From Mobula hypostoma (taxonomy: Eukaryota): 64,000 nucleotides of DNA. Of this stretch, positions 63,068 through 64,000 are shown piece after piece (positions within the stretch are counted from its first letter, which is position 1; each line of letters begins with the position of its first letter). The DNA is taken from NCBI RefSeq assembly GCF_963921235.1, contig NC_086107.1, positions 113,772,001 to 113,836,000 of the forward strand, written 5' to 3'. The notes below the pieces were generated by a model. That model saw only the letters and a list, made by a program, of their open reading frames with translations. It was not told the DNA's origin and ran no database searches. The translations under genes were made by a program, and so were the position numbers.

Positions 63068-64000
63068 GTATGATTTGCCCAGAAGAGTTGAGTCACTGAT
63101 GCCAGGCTGATACCGGTGGCTCTGTGTCGATCTCTGCACCGTTTGGTCTTATGGCATGAATTTGTGGTTTTAAACATGAATTGTGAAGATTATCCAGGTA
63201 GGGGAGTCCAAAACTAAAGGGCCATAGTTTAAAGTGGGAGGTGAAAGCATGAGTATTGATTTCTCCAACTTTTGGTAAGTTCTCCCTCCTCCCCATCTTT
63301 TTCCTAATTCTTGCTTCCCTCTTACCCCTTACCTTCTCCCCTGCCCATCACATCCTCCGCTCACCCTCCTCCTTCCCTTTCTCCCACGGTCCATTCTTAT
63401 CAAATTCCTTCTTCTTCAGCCCTTTAACTTTTCCACCGATCACCTGCCAGTTTCTCAGTTCTCCCCCACTCGCCCACCCAACCACCTTCCCCCTCACCTG
63501 GCTTCACCTTTCAACTGCTAACTTGTCCCCCTTCCTGTGTCACCTCTTTCTCTGGCTTCTTCCCCTGTCCTTTTCAGTCCTGTTGAAGTGCCACAGCCCA
63601 AAATGTTGACTCTTTACTCTTCTCTATCAGCCTGACCAGTAGTGTTCCTCCAGCATTTTGTGTGTGCTGCCCTTGGGCTGTGAAACCTCACATCCTCCCC
63701 TCAGCCATTTGGATTACCTACTAAACATCAAAGTTCAAAATAATTGTATTATCAAAGTATGTGTGTGTTGCCATATACCACCCTGAGATTCATTTCTTTG
63801 CGGGCATTCACAGCAGAACAAAGAAATGCAATAGAATCGATGAAGGACTACACACAAAGACTGACAAACAGCCAATCTGCGAAAGAAGACAAACGGTGCA
63901 AACACACAAAAAAAAACAATAATCAATTAATCACACTGAGAACACAAGTTGTAGAGTATTTGAAAGTGAGTTTATAGGTTGTGGAATCAGTTCAGTGTTG

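Overview
Vertebrate genomic DNA, most likely from a cartilaginous fish (inferred from the repeat landscape). The window lies inside one + strand CARMA-family gene (CARD-coiled coil-linker-PDZ-SH3-GUK). It is best called CARD10-like, with several CARD11-like segments. I can trace 19 phase-compatible GT-AG coding exons from 2522 to 63067, about 850 codons; the start and stop exons lie outside the window. The introns are dense with retroelements: a Gmr1-type Ty3/gypsy LTR element lacking its integrase core, solo LTRs, CR1, Rex1/Babar, L1, Tx1, HERO, RTE, Penelope-like elements and SINEs. There is also a non-autonomous DNA transposon with a 6-bp TSD, plus several tandem repeats. The most notable observations are: (1) a circularly permuted fragment of ZFTRAF1/CYHR1 coding sequence fused to an RTE-like LINE tail at 48-315; (2) two families of minimal hammerhead-ribozyme motifs carried by Penelope-like repeats, many in the sense orientation of the pre-mRNA; (3) a degenerate PDZ region and a mosaic CARD10/CARD11 character in the host gene. 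All family assignments are by eye and from recalled consensus sequences; no database searches were run.
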